Assembly: GCF_009914755.1 (NCBI RefSeq)
Contig: NC_060941.1
Strand: one strand, 5' to 3'
DNA: 64,000 bases
Origin: the human T2T-CHM13v2.0 reference genome, Homo sapiens
Shown: piece after piece, positions 31,939 through 46,155 of the stretch
How positions within the stretch are numbered: position 1 is the stretch's first letter
Layout of the letters: every line of letters starts with the position of its first letter
Translations under genes and position numbers: made by a program
The notes under the pieces: generated by a model
The model's input: only the letters and a program-made list of their open reading frames with translations
Told to the model about the DNA's origin: nothing
The model's database searches: none

Positions 31939-34900
31939 CTAAGTGTATACATACAGTCTTTACTCTGTCTATAGTTTCTACACAAAGTATAAGTATTTCA
32001 TTTATTAGAAGAAAACATTAACTGTTTTGGGGCCCATTATAATGAATTTTTAAAACATCACAATTTTAGAATTATGATTTTAAAAAACTTTACTACCAGG
32101 TACAGTTTTGAGAAAGCTCTGGGACATTGAATAGCTCTGTGGCTCCCAAAGATAAGTCGTAGACATCACAATAACAAGGGATTATAGTATTTGAGACCTT
32201 ACTCATGAATTTTAATAAAAGGCTGTGTGACTCAAGCGATTTCGTATTCTGGGAAATGTTCAAATTCTGTACTACATGCCTACATTCTGCAGGGTTAGGC
32301 TGGGAACATAGACCTTTGCTGAGAATCTGAAGAGAATTGCTAAGGCAACTGTGTCCCATATCCTCAGGTATAAATCTTCCCTCCCTCCCTCCCTTCCTTC
32401 CTTCCATTTGCTCATTTATTCACCTACCCATTGATTATCATAATTCTATCAACTTTTAGAATCTTGAGACTTTCCCCAGGAAATAGATGAGGAGGGGGAA
32501 CCCATATAAGTAAAGTTGATCTCATTGGGCATAATTAGCTCAAATATTATATACTCTTCCCTCAAGAACTGAGAATGTAGGGCTTTATAGATTTTAAAAA
32601 ATCTCATAGTCTTGGCAGTTTTTTTTCTGGCAATCCAAGTCAGCTGGAGAAGCTAGGGTCGGGAAACTAGTTTTGCAAACTGGCAGAAGTAGTGGTTCTT
32701 TACTAAGATGGCTCAATTGAGTCTCTCTCATAAACTGTTAGATTATGGGCGTCAGAGCTGTTTCCAAAAGGAAACAAATTGGAGTCCCTCTCCTCACTCT
32801 CTTTCGTATCATCTAGGTAAATTGTTTAAAATTGGTCTGTGACTCTGGCAGGTGTCAACCGCTCCAAGTGACTGTAGGTTTGGGGTTGCCCTAAAGCCAA
32901 ATGCGTAGATGATGAAAGCATTAAGAACTTCTAAACATGAGAGCAACAGCTGACGCCATCTACACGGGGCTGTTGGGTTTTTTCCTCTGGAAGGAAGTGA
33001 CAGTTGGATGCCTGGCACTTTCACATGGCCTATTTTCCCCATGGGAAGTTTTATAAAAATATCCATTAAGGCTGGTTTGTATATGCAACAGAAGGGCATA
33101 ATATGCCCCTCAAATGAATATCATTATCTCCATCCATGAACTAAAAGCGTTTGAGGGATGGCAATGCTGTGCAAATTCCACAAAGCCACAGCTTTTGGCA
33201 GAGCTCAACTATGTGGAAACCGATCTCTTCTCTCTCCCCGTCTCAGTGTCTCAAGGAAAAACCTCATTAAGCAGACACCTTAAGAAGTGTATTATCTTCC
33301 CTTTAAACCTCCAAAAGGGAGGGAAGAAAAGGAGGGATGTGAGAGTGAAGCTGCCTGTGTCATGTCCAGAAGACTATCTGGAAGTCTTTTTTACCTTTCT
33401 TTGCTTTCTTAATCACCTCGTTGAGGTTATAAAGTCACGAAGGAGACTAGATTTGGTAGTTGTTACTTTAAAACAGCCCAAAACATTTATAAAAACAGGT
33501 TTTTGGGGGGTAATGAAAAAAAATTTAAGTCAGCCACACCGTCACATGTTCCCTTAAATAGCCACAGTGGGGTCATTGGTAACATAGACCCATAAGCACA
33601 TGCTCCATACAGAATGGGTCATGCAGCTTTCAAAGAGCAGCCCTTCCTCAAGGAGCTGTGTTACGTGAATACTCATCAAAGAAATTATCCATGCCGCTTC
33701 TTTCTAACTCAGTGAAAACTTGATGAAATAGATAAAATCCACAAAGCTGTTTAGCCCTTCATTGAACAGCCTATTTTAGCTGGTGCCTATTTTCCTGAGA
33801 TTATGAAAAATCCAGTTCCCTCTTTACAATAGTCACCAAAAACCTCCATTTCCACAAAGGGAGTAGGATTGCCTCTGGTCAGTAAATGGCGATTCCACCT
33901 CTGGGTAGGCAGAAGAAAAGGGGAAGCAATAAGTGGGAGGGAAGCACCTATAACAGGAAAATGCAACTTTTCTAGAAGTGTCTAGGAGACTTGTGTTGAG
34001 ATCTGACTGGCCAGAGCTATGGCCTGTGGCTACCGATAGCTGCAGGAGAATCGGGGAAATGTATTTTGTTAGCTAAACATGTCATTTCAACAAAGCTCAG
34101 AAATCTATTCATAAGGGGAAAAAAAATGAATGGCTTTTGGTCAGAGGCCTAGCAGTGTCTGCTACTGGAAGGGAATTCAGGCCCAGGAAGTGAAAACCGA
34201 GTGATTCTATCTAAGAAGTCAAAGTGAACACAGTGAATAGTTTGCATCCCATACAGATAGCTCACTATCGGCAGTCCACAGAAAGTGTACATTGACTGTA
34301 TCTGGAGGGCCAAAATTTCAGCCAAACATCTTGCCTAATTATTCTGTGCATGTTTTTTAAGGGGAAATAAATCTGTCTTGCAGCTAACAAAATAGCCTTG
34401 AGTCTTAGAGTACATTTTATCATGGAGCATCTGAAAATAACTCAGCTCTGAAGTTCCATGATGAAGTTGTCCCCTGGCAATGGGGTAAAAATAAGTCTTT
34501 ATCCATTCATCAGCACAAGTTTAGCTAGGCTCTTTCAATGACTTAGTTCTAGCTTATGCATCTGCTCCTAAAACAATATTAACTCCTAATAGTCTCCCTA
34601 AAGAGGAACTCAAAGTTCTGTAGAGAAGACTCTGGTTGACTTTGATGTTCATCAAGATGAGAGGCTCTTTTTTGTTCTCAAGATTCTGGATTAAATGAGC
34701 TGTCCCAGTCAATGAAAACTTGGGGCTTCAGGAACCTAACAGAGCCAACCCAACAGAAAGGCTAGGTGTTTGATTTTCATTAAATGGCATTTACTTGTCA
34801 ACACTGTAATTCTTGGAATTCAAGTGTGTCTTTAAATATTTCCACTAGAAGCTAATCAAAATCATGATTTTATCCATTGAAGCATTTAAAAATGTGATTA

Positions 34901-35448
34901 TTTCTTCTCCAAGGATCTAGAAACCCTATTTCCTCGTATTCTTTGTGTTTAAAAACATACTTTGCTTTAAGTTTACTATTGTGAAACCTGTTATAATCAA
35001 TTCAATCATACCACCCGTTTTGACCACTTAGTGTTCAGAGGATTATTTGCTCCATTTAGGAATTAGAAATCTTCATATCTTCATTAGAACCAGATTTCTT
35101 TGCGAAGTCTGTGGTTCTTGTAGTGGGAGTTAAGAGGAAGCATTAAAAATATCTGCTTCGTTCATGGAGTAGATGCACTTTTCAGGACAGATCCCTGTTA
35201 CTGATCTGGTGTTTTCTTTGAAAATGTCACAGAAACCTCCAAGAATGGCAAGCAAAAGTAAGAAATAGTACCTCCTCTAGGTGCATACGTCCCAGGTGTG
35301 ATCAGAAAGAGCTCATTTGAAGCAATGTATTTGCATATGTCAAAATAATCTGATCCTCTAATGCATTTCCTCTGTTAAGCCATAGCAGGATTTTGCAGCT
35401 AAATTCAGAGAGTCAGCAAGAAGAAAAGGGTCTTTAAAAATAAGTTGA

Positions 35449-35737
35449 GGCTGGTTGCAGTGGCTCCTACCTCTAATCCCAGCAATTTGGGCGTCCACGG
35501 CGGGAGGATTGCTTGAGGCCAGGAGTTCAGGATCAGCCCGGGCAACATAGTGAAACTCCATCCATTTAAAAACAACAACAACAACAAACAGCTAGCCATG
35601 GCAGTAGCTCTTCAGGAAGCTGAGGCAGGAGGATTGCTTGAGCCCAGGAGTTCAAGGTTATAGAGAGTTGTAATCGTACCACTGCACTTCAGCCTGGGTG
35701 CCAGAGAGAGACCTTGTCTGTCAAAGAAAAATAAAAT
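35449..35737 (+). mobile_element. AluJ-like
   Basis: Diverged dimer, TSD AAAATA(A/G)GTTGA. Confidence 0.85.
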
Positions 35738-36156
35738 AGGTTGACTAACAGTCATAATAACCAGCAGCCTTCCTGCAGACTCTTCATAAATACTGAGTTG
35801 TTTATAATTAATTGTTTGCAAGCAATGACCTTCTCTTTCTGTAACCTGAGAAATGAGATTAACAATAACAGAGGAAAGCCAATTACAAACAGATACGTTT
35901 ACCATCAAAATTTTAGCCCAACAGGGCAGATCAGAAGCCCCAGATGGCTCACTTCTTTTCATCTGTGCTTAAGAATGCAGTGACCATATAACAAAGAATT
36001 TAAAAATTAATTGTAATGAGAGAATTGACCCATGGTGGTTACCTTTTCTTAGGACCATGGTTTTCATTTTAATGTGGAAAACTGACATCCCCTGGAAAAG
36101 TAGATATTAGAGTAACACTTGTTGGGTAATTAACTCAATAAACAAGGGAACTGACT

Positions 36157-36504
36157 TGTATTAGTCCATTTTCACGCTGCTGATAAAGACATACCCAAGA
36201 CTGGGAAGAAAAGTAGGTCTAATGGACTCACAGTTCCATGTGGCTGGGGAGGCCTCACAATCATGGCGGAAGGTGAAAGGCACTTCTTAACACGGTGGTG
36301 GCACGAGAGATGAGAAAGAATCAAAAGTGGAAACCCCTTATAAAACCATCAGATCTTGTGAGACTTACTACTACAAGAACAGTACGGGGGAACCGCCCCC
36401 ATGATTCAATCATCTACCACCAGGTCCCTCCCACGACATGTGGGAATTATGGGAGTACAATTCAAGATGAGATTTGGGTGGGGACACAGAGCCAAACCAT
36501 ATCA
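36157..36504 (-). mobile_element. THE1 (MaLR) solo LTR
   Basis: TGTATTAGTCC...CCAAACCATATCA, 5-bp TSD TGACT (36152-56, 36505-09). Confidence 0.88.
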
Positions 36505-37084
36505 TGACTCTTCCCAGGAAACCGTTGATTTGTGAGTTGAATATAGGCTCTGCTGCTTATTTAGTTTTTTCTCCCATTTCCTGGAGGACAGACATTAGGA
36601 CAGTTTTTCTTCTCTATCTTCCACTGGTCATTTCTTTGGTAAAAGAAGTTGAATTGCTCCTTCTTTGTACCAGAATGCCTGTGTTATCACTTGTAGCAAT
36701 AGAAATTCACAAATGTAATCAGATGAAAGGTCTAGAATTTTCCTCAGTGGATAACAATGTAAGTATCACTTGATTATTCCATCCTTAATTACTGACCTCA
36801 GCCAGATTTTTTTTTGCCTGAACTTGATGTAGGCTTTTAAAGAGACAGGTACACATCAGCGGGCAATAGATTTGTTTAGAGACCTTGGAAGCCTGATTTG
36901 CAAAGTAACTTCATGTAATGGTGTGTCACCCACGAAGGAATGGGTGGAAAGCTGCAGCTTGGGTTAAATGTCACCATTGTCATTATCTTCAGCAAACATG
37001 TATTGAGCTCCCAGGAGATATGCAACGTGGTCTCTGATCTCCAAGAGTGTGCCGTGCCTTGGGAGGGAATGCAGGATTCATTCG

Positions 37085-37720
37085 TTTGACAGATGTTCAC
37101 AAAGAACCTGCTTGATGCAGTGGCCCTCTTTTGGGTGCTGGAAGCTCAACCATGAGCAAGGCAGATCAGGTCCCTGCTACGTGTAGAATTTACATTTTAA
37201 AGAAAAAGTTGAATTTAAACAAAAATGGAATAAGAAAGATAAAGCTAAATAAGAAATAAGATAACAGAACAAAAGCTCTGGAGGGCCCCTTTAACCGAGA
37301 GAGTCAAGGAAAACCTGGAGGAGTAGGAGGCAGGCACAGTTGAGTTGAGCCCTGAATGACAAGTGAGGCATCCTCCTGAAGAGCTGGGGTGCCTGGCTCC
37401 AGGCTGATGGACAGCAAGTGCAAAGGCCCTGAGGCAAGGAAATGTTTAAAACCTATGCTGAGAAGAGGTGAAGAGAGGGGAGAGAGGGACTTTCCTGACC
37501 AGGGCAGGGAGTAGGGGGCTGTACCCAAAGACACTGAGGAAAACTTGTAGGGTGTCATCAAGTTGACAGAGAGTCCTGTGGTGGGAAAAGAGACTGAACA
37601 ATTACATTGGGTCAAATGGTAGCCGGACTAAGTAGGCACTGGGGAGTGACTAGAGGTTTTTGAGCAAAGGAGTGATGCATGCCAGTCAGTGAATCCTGAA
37701 GAGTTAATCTGACTGGGGTA
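37085..37720. mobile_element. L2 LINE fragment
   Basis: agcaagtgcaaaggccctgaggcagg; ttttgagcaaaggagtga. Confidence 0.5.
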
Positions 37721-37890
37721 GAGTGTGGCATGGGGAAGGAAGCCACCGAGAGGCTAGATATGGGGCTGTAAGGCCTGGCTTAGTCTGGTAAAGTGGGGTT
37801 AGCATGAAAGGGCCAGTTCAAGAGACATTGCCAGCCACATGGACAGTTTCATCTTGGCCAGTTATCTCCAGACTCTGAAACTCTCTCTCA

Positions 37891-38542
<652 letters not shown>

Positions 38543-39719
38543 GCTGGATCACGAATTTTCTGATGAACAAACCCTTCATCTTTCTATAGATCACAAGAAA
38601 GTCTCCCATGGTGTTTTATATCACGAACTACTTTGCTGTGGAAACTTCTGTTTGTACAGAACGTTTCCTCTTACGGATACCAATTAAGTTCTTTATGATA
38701 TTACATTGGTTTGGCTGTCAAATGTTGTGTGCTTAACAAAGAATGATAGAAAAATCACTTTCCAGAACAGAATGTTTGAATTGCATGTAGCATAGAAACT
38801 GAGTAAAAATTTCAGCCTGATTTAACATCTTTGGAGTAGACTTCTTAAAGGAGAGGGATATGAACACTGTAAAACACAAATTCATCAGAAGTGCAATGAC
38901 AACAGGGTTCCTCTCTACTCTGCTGGTGACAAACTTTAAAACTCTATTGACTTGTATCTCTTGATGTCATTCTATTCCCCTCTAGTGGAATTAAAAGGTA
39001 TCTGTCTTTCTACTCCAGCTTGGACACATTCGCAGTAGTAGGAATAGAAATCTAGAGATAATGAAGATAGAAGATAGCATTATCACTTATTTTCATATCA
39101 TGATAGGCTGCTGCTTTACATTTTACCCTTTTTCCTGTCCTCAGGGGAAAATAGCCTTCTGTTCTCTGTCTATTTGAGCTACTTGGAGAAAAAAAGTTTA
39201 GGTATCTATCCTATGTATCACTATTTATCCTCATACCAGAAGAAGCCTTATTGCCCAATATGTTACTAGGATGTGCCATTGGTTCAGCGTCTAGCACAGG
39301 GTCAGGCCCGTTAATTGAGTTAGAGGCATGGGTTGAGGTCCCGATTTTACCACTTAACTATCCATGGCTTCAAATTCAATCATTTACTTTCCTGAACCTC
39401 CGTCTCTTCATCTTTAAACTGGAGACTCTCCTTTGACTCTCCATGGTCGTATCACAAGATAAAAGGAAATAATGAAACCTCATTGAAAGTTAAGGTGGAC
39501 TCTGCACATTTATGTGGCCTCATTCCCCACCACCACCACTCTGCCCCCAGCAGCATCCTTTTAGGAAAGATGGATAAACAGGTAAACTAGAAATATGTTT
39601 CCGAACTCTCTGCGTACAGGTGAAGCATGGTGGGGCTGGGGCTACCTTTAAGTTGGTTGCAAGAGCCCAAAGGCTACCATTTGGTTTGGTTATATTTCCT
39701 TTTTTCTTTTGTCTTCCTC

Positions 39720-40362
<643 letters not shown>

Positions 40363-42267
40363 TAAGTTTAAAGTGGCTAATAGGAGAAACAATAATTTGG
40401 AACATTAGCAGTTACAGTATTTCTCTAGTCTCAAAAAGAGCATTCTCACTAGAAGTATCCACAGAAATGCACTTAAATGCCACATCCCTCCCTCTCCCCT
40501 TTATTCCAGCCACCATGTCATAACCTCCCTCTGCAGAGCAGAGAATTAAGCTCTAAAGACTAGACATTTGTTGTGGCAAACAGTGCTGAATTTCTGCCTT
40601 TATTTTAACACAACTGTCTGCTACATGTAGAAATATTAGCATATTTGCAGAGATATTTTCATTAGGTATTTGTTTTGCTTTAAAAAACAACCCAGAAAGG
40701 TGAATTTCAAATGTGCACAGTAGGTTTCTGCCATCCTAAAGGCAAACTTCAAAATTTTTTAACAGCTAAGCAAACCATGCCAGTGGGTTAAGATGTAGGA
40801 TTGGAAGTCTCTGATGCTGTCCTGGGGCGTGGGGGTTGGGGGGAATGTATCAATGAGTACTATTTTGGTCATTATTCTTCAGGTTGAGTTCTGGGAGGCA
40901 TTGCTTAGGACACATTTAACGCCACAAGGGAAAGTGCATTAGTGTTGCCTTCTGTTGTTTAAAGAAAAGGAGGGAGAGAGGGAGGAAGGAATACATGCAT
41001 ATGATACTTTTGCATGCTCTGTGACCACCAGCACACAAACAAATGCAGAGATGCTGAGAAGTGCAAAGTGAGACGTGGAAGGGCAGGTGCTAACAGACAA
41101 TGCAGCTATACTTGTGATGGTGCTTTTCACGAGTGAAGACCAAGGTGTAAGTGTCTTTTACCCAGTCACAGCTATAAAACCGAATCCAGTGGATCAACTA
41201 AAACTAAGTGCCAAAGAGGCCAATAGCAGTCTAGAACTACGTGTGAGTGTGTGAGTGTTTCTTCTGGCAGGTTCTCCTGTTTTACGGCTTCCTACCAGCC
41301 ATCCTTAACTAACGCATGGTTGGAAATTCAGTATCCCCCCCCAAAAAATTGAACCTTCATAGTTTCCCAATTCCTGGTTTTAGAAAAGGAATGAAGGGGT
41401 ATCAATTAGAGATCAAGTGCATCTTTGAGGAGAGAATGGCTTGCTACAATCGAAGAGAAGAAAACCTCAGCTATCAATTTGTGGAGGCTTTGAGCAGTCA
41501 CTGAGCAGATGGGGTTGATGGGGGTACCTAACTCATGCACGGCCAAATGCCCAAGCCTAACAAAAACGGAGAAAAACCAAGGATTAACATATCACTTTTT
41601 AGCTAAGATGTAAAACTGGTTACTGGCAAGCTTATTCCAGCAGGCTCAGCAAGCGTCCAGCACAACCACAAGCAGCTTGATCAAAAACAGACCTCTGCCT
41701 CTCGGTGGATAGCTTTTGCTTTTAATATTTTATGTTCACCTCTTTGGCTCAAGATTTCCACTTCTGGCTTTTATCCTTGGGAACTGATAAGACACTTGCA
41801 CAGTGTGTGCTTATAGATGCTCATGGTAGTGTTATTCATAACAGTGAAAAACAAAATCACCTGAATGTTTAGGAATTGGGGGTTGATTAAATCCATCATA
41901 GTGTGAATGTATGATGAAATATCATACAGTAAGATGTGACACTGATTTAATGACATGGAAAAATGTTTAACATAAACTGTTAGATTTTTTAAAAAGCTAC
42001 CTATCAGCCTCTCTCTCTTTTTTTCTCTCTCATCTTTCTTGAATGAAATCCACCAAAATGTTAATGTGTATATACTTCTTTCTACTTAACTACCTTTTCT
42101 AATTTTTTACAGCAAGTATGGTTTTACCTACTTAAAAGAACACGTGACCTAAACAATAGAAAATTAGTAACAAATTACTAGAATACTATTTTACCATAAA
42201 CTGCACATTTCGATTTTTAAAGTGAGGTTATAACCAAAAAGATCACTGAACATCAATAAATAAAATT

Positions 42268-42573
<306 letters not shown>

Positions 42574-43859
42574 ATTTATCTTAACGTGGGTAAGAGGGGT
42601 TGCTGCTTGGGAAATATCTACTGGAAGTAATGAGGAGTCAGGGTGAAGTTCGGAGGTACCTAAAGAGACAGTCCTGCCGATTTGGACTTGGCAGTCGAGA
42701 AAAAGACATGGTTACACCTTCTGCCTCCTCTGTGTGTTTAATAGATGAACAAATACCAGCTGCTGGGGAATCTTATGACATTATAGTGAGGCATAAAAAT
42801 CAGCCCTCTTGCAAATAATGTTATACTATTTGAACTTCATGACAAAAATGAGTGCAGAATCCCAGTCATGTTAGCTCCCTACTACCAAAGAGTGGACTTC
42901 AAAATTTGACCCACATCATCACAGAATAGCAGACAGGGTACCTCACACAATGACCTGATCCTGTTTTTACTAAATTAAAATGATGGGATCTTGCAGACTC
43001 TGAATAAATGTGTTTTTGTTTATCTCTGATTTGTTCTCAGTCGTACAGACTTGGCCATGAATTCTTATAGGAGACTTACCACTTTGTACAGGGCTGGCAG
43101 AGGTTTGCATAATTTAGATGCTTCTTGTATTCCTATTTTACGTTCCTTTCCAACTATGGTATTGGAACTAACCAAGTCTGTAATTAGCATAAACATTATT
43201 TGGTGCTAAAAAAATGGTATCACATTTTAATAGAGGATAGATCAGTGGTTGTCAGGAGTTAGGGGAGGGGAGGGCATGACTATAAAGAGGGTGGCATGGG
43301 GGAGCTTCTTTGTGGAGATTGGGAAGTTCCGTATCATGAATATGAATGTGATAAAATTTCACGGAACTACACACACATACCCTCCTATACAATAAGCACA
43401 TGTGAAATCCTTATACAGTCTGTTCATAGCATTGGGCCAGTGTCCATTTCTGGGTTTTGATCATGTGCTATGGTTATGTATAATGCTGTTATTTGAGTAA
43501 GCTGGTGAAAGGTCCATGGGAACTCTCTGTGCTATTTTTACAGCTTGTGAGTCTAAAATTATTTCAAAATAAATGTTTTAAATAACATTTTTTTAAAACG
43601 TGAGCTATTCCTCAAAAGATTACTATTCTCAGAGTTACCATAAAGCTAGTTAAAGTAGTCAGTACCCCCAATTGAATGGGCAAAGAAATACAATATTTGA
43701 ATGACTTTTTCCTTAGAGGAATCAGTATGACAATAGGAAAAAGAAAAATAATGATTTATCCTTGAAACAAAAACTGGAACAAAAACATGATTTAAGTATA
43801 TGTGTAAGTATGTACTTAAATACTAAGTAGATAGGCTAGAGAAAGACATACAGGAATAT

Positions 43860-44730
43860 CTGTGGAATATTGTATTATTGCCCCCCACTAATTGTTCCCT
43901 TACCTCTCTGATGATCATAGGTCCTACCCATTGCTACGTGACTTGTAGCCCCTCCCTGGATGCAGAGCATCCCCAACCTAGGGTCAGTCTTGGCCAAAGG
44001 GAGTGAAGTTTAGCTGCTTCAAGAAGCATTGACAGACTGTCGTTCAGTTTCACCTCTTGCTTTTCCTTTCCTCTGCCATGAGAATGGCATGTCCCAAATA
44101 GCAGCTGTTCCTTCATCTCTAGGTCCTGGAATAAGTAGACAGGTGCTCCTTCTCTGAAGCTCCTGATATATAACATGAGTGAGAAATAAACCTAGGCCAA
44201 TGAGATTTTGAGGTTGTTTGGTACTGCTTTGTTGCTGAGCTAAAATTACATCTACAAGGTGGACGGTTTCATTGGGCATCACCAACTTGAAACTACTTTC
44301 AGTTGAACTCAAACCTACAAGCTTTCAAAGTTTGAAGTCCTAACCCATCCTGTGGCTCTTTACCAAATAATATAAAATGGCAGTAGATACTAAGCTTTCT
44401 GAGGGCCATTGTAGATTGTGTTATTATTTAAAATATTTGCTGTCCCCTTCTGGGGAGGTTATTACACCCGGCCCTGTTGACTTCCAGATTGGCCATGTGC
44501 CTTGCTTTGGCCAGTGACATGCAAACAGAAATGATGACACCATTTCCAAGCAGGAGATATATGAGCCGTTGAGTACTCTGCCATTTCTTTTTTTCCTCTG
44601 CTGTGAGATTGCATATGTCCTAGATAGTGACTGCTAAAGTCCCTAAGTGAAAAGTGAGATAAATTTTTGTTGTGGAAAGCCACTGAAAGTTAGAAGTGAT
44701 TTGTTAGCAGTATAACCTAGTCTCTTCATT
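43860..44730 (+). mobile_element. Two degenerate MLT1-type LTR remnants
   Basis: MaLR-like motifs (gagaaataaacc...gagattttgaggttgtttg; aagccactga); approximate. Confidence 0.45.
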
Positions 44731-44945
44731 CCAAGTTAGATAGGACCTGAGCCTCACCTGGAGTCTTCACATGGTGGGCACACCACCTGGCACATAGTAG
44801 GTGTACGGTAAATAATTTTTTTTAGGCAAAATGAAGAAATTGATAGGTACCTAGGAAATAACCTTATTTATAAATGAGTTATGTTTAGGGTTTGTGATTT
44901 GAATACTTACACATTTTAAACATCTTATTTTTATTACTGTTACTT

Positions 44946-45105
44946 TAGAGACAGGGTCTCACTATGTTGCCCAGGCTGAAGTGCAGTGGCTATTCACAGG
45001 CATGATCATGGCGCATTACAGCCTCGAACACCTGGGCTTAAGCAATCCTCCTGCCTCAGCCTCCCAAATAGCTGGGACCACAAGCATGCGCCACTGCACC
45101 TAGCT
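44946..45105 (-). mobile_element. Monomeric Alu (FAM/FRAM-like)
   Basis: Single-arm Alu-like sequence. Confidence 0.7.
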
Positions 45106-45169
45106 TATCTTTTTTTAATATCAGAATTCCATATTAAACCATCAGAGGTTTTTGAAATTTAAAAGTTGT

Positions 45170-45375
45170 GCAGGGTGACTATAATCAATAATAACTACAC
45201 ATTTTAAAATAACTTAAGGAGCATAATTGGATTGTAACTCAATGGATAAATGTCTGAGGGGATGGATACTCCATTCTCCATGATGTGCTTATTTCACATT
45301 GCATGCCTGTATCAAAACATGACATGTACCCCGTAAATATATACACCTATGTACTCACAAAAGTTAAAAATAAAT
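45170..45375 (+). mobile_element. L1MA/L1PB 3' end fragment
   Basis: gaggggatggatac...gcatgcctgtatcaaaacat...gtacccc. Confidence 0.6.
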
Positions 45376-45885
45376 TTGTTTAAAGTTGATTGATGATGGA
45401 GCAAAAACTGGACATAAAACAATGTCTTGAGATGTTAATGAATAAGATATATTATGAAATAGGAAGATGGTCTTAATAATAGCTTTTCATTAAGAGTTGT
45501 ATTGGTGGCTTGTGGTGTTAAATATCTTCATAGTGCCTTCATATAGACACCTTCTTCTGCAGATTGGTAGAGAAACTGCCAACAAAGCCCCTGTGTAGTG
45601 AGATGAGGTGGTTGCGCCCCAGTTCCTCCAGCATGCTAGGCTTTTCCCCCAATGGTGTCTCATGAAGCAGCCGGAATATAGCCAGTGTATTCAGCTGGAC
45701 TTCGTGGTAATTTGGGTTACATAGATAATGTATGGATTTATTTTTTAACTTAAATCTTTTCAGATAATGTTAAAAGTCTCATTTTACTTTCATGTCTGAA
45801 CCTAATCTGTCCCCACACTTTCCCAGAGTCATTTACTTATTTATCAATCTAGAAAAAAACTGTCTTACTGTTCAGAGGAGGGGGC

Positions 45886-46155
45886 TTTTTGTTTTTTGTT
45901 TGTTTGTTTTTTGTTTTTTGAGACGGGGTCTTGCTCTGTTACCCAGGCTGGAGTGCAGTGGCATGGTCAGGGCTTACTGCAAACTTGACCTCCTGGGCTC
46001 AAGCAGTCCTCCCACCTCAGCCTCCTGAGTAGCTGGGACTAAAGGCATAGGCCACCACCCCCAGCTAATTTTTTTTTTTTAAGTAGAGATGAGGTCTCGT
46101 TATGTTGCCCCAGCTAGTCTTGAACTCCTGAGCTCAAACGATCCTCCCAAAGTGC
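45886..46155 (-). mobile_element. AluJ-like, 5' incomplete
   Basis: Diverged dimer. Confidence 0.8.

Noticed and set aside
38976-38988. CTCF-like motif TCCCCTCTAGTGG
   Set aside because: Mismatch at a core position; a single motif without ChIP data is insufficient
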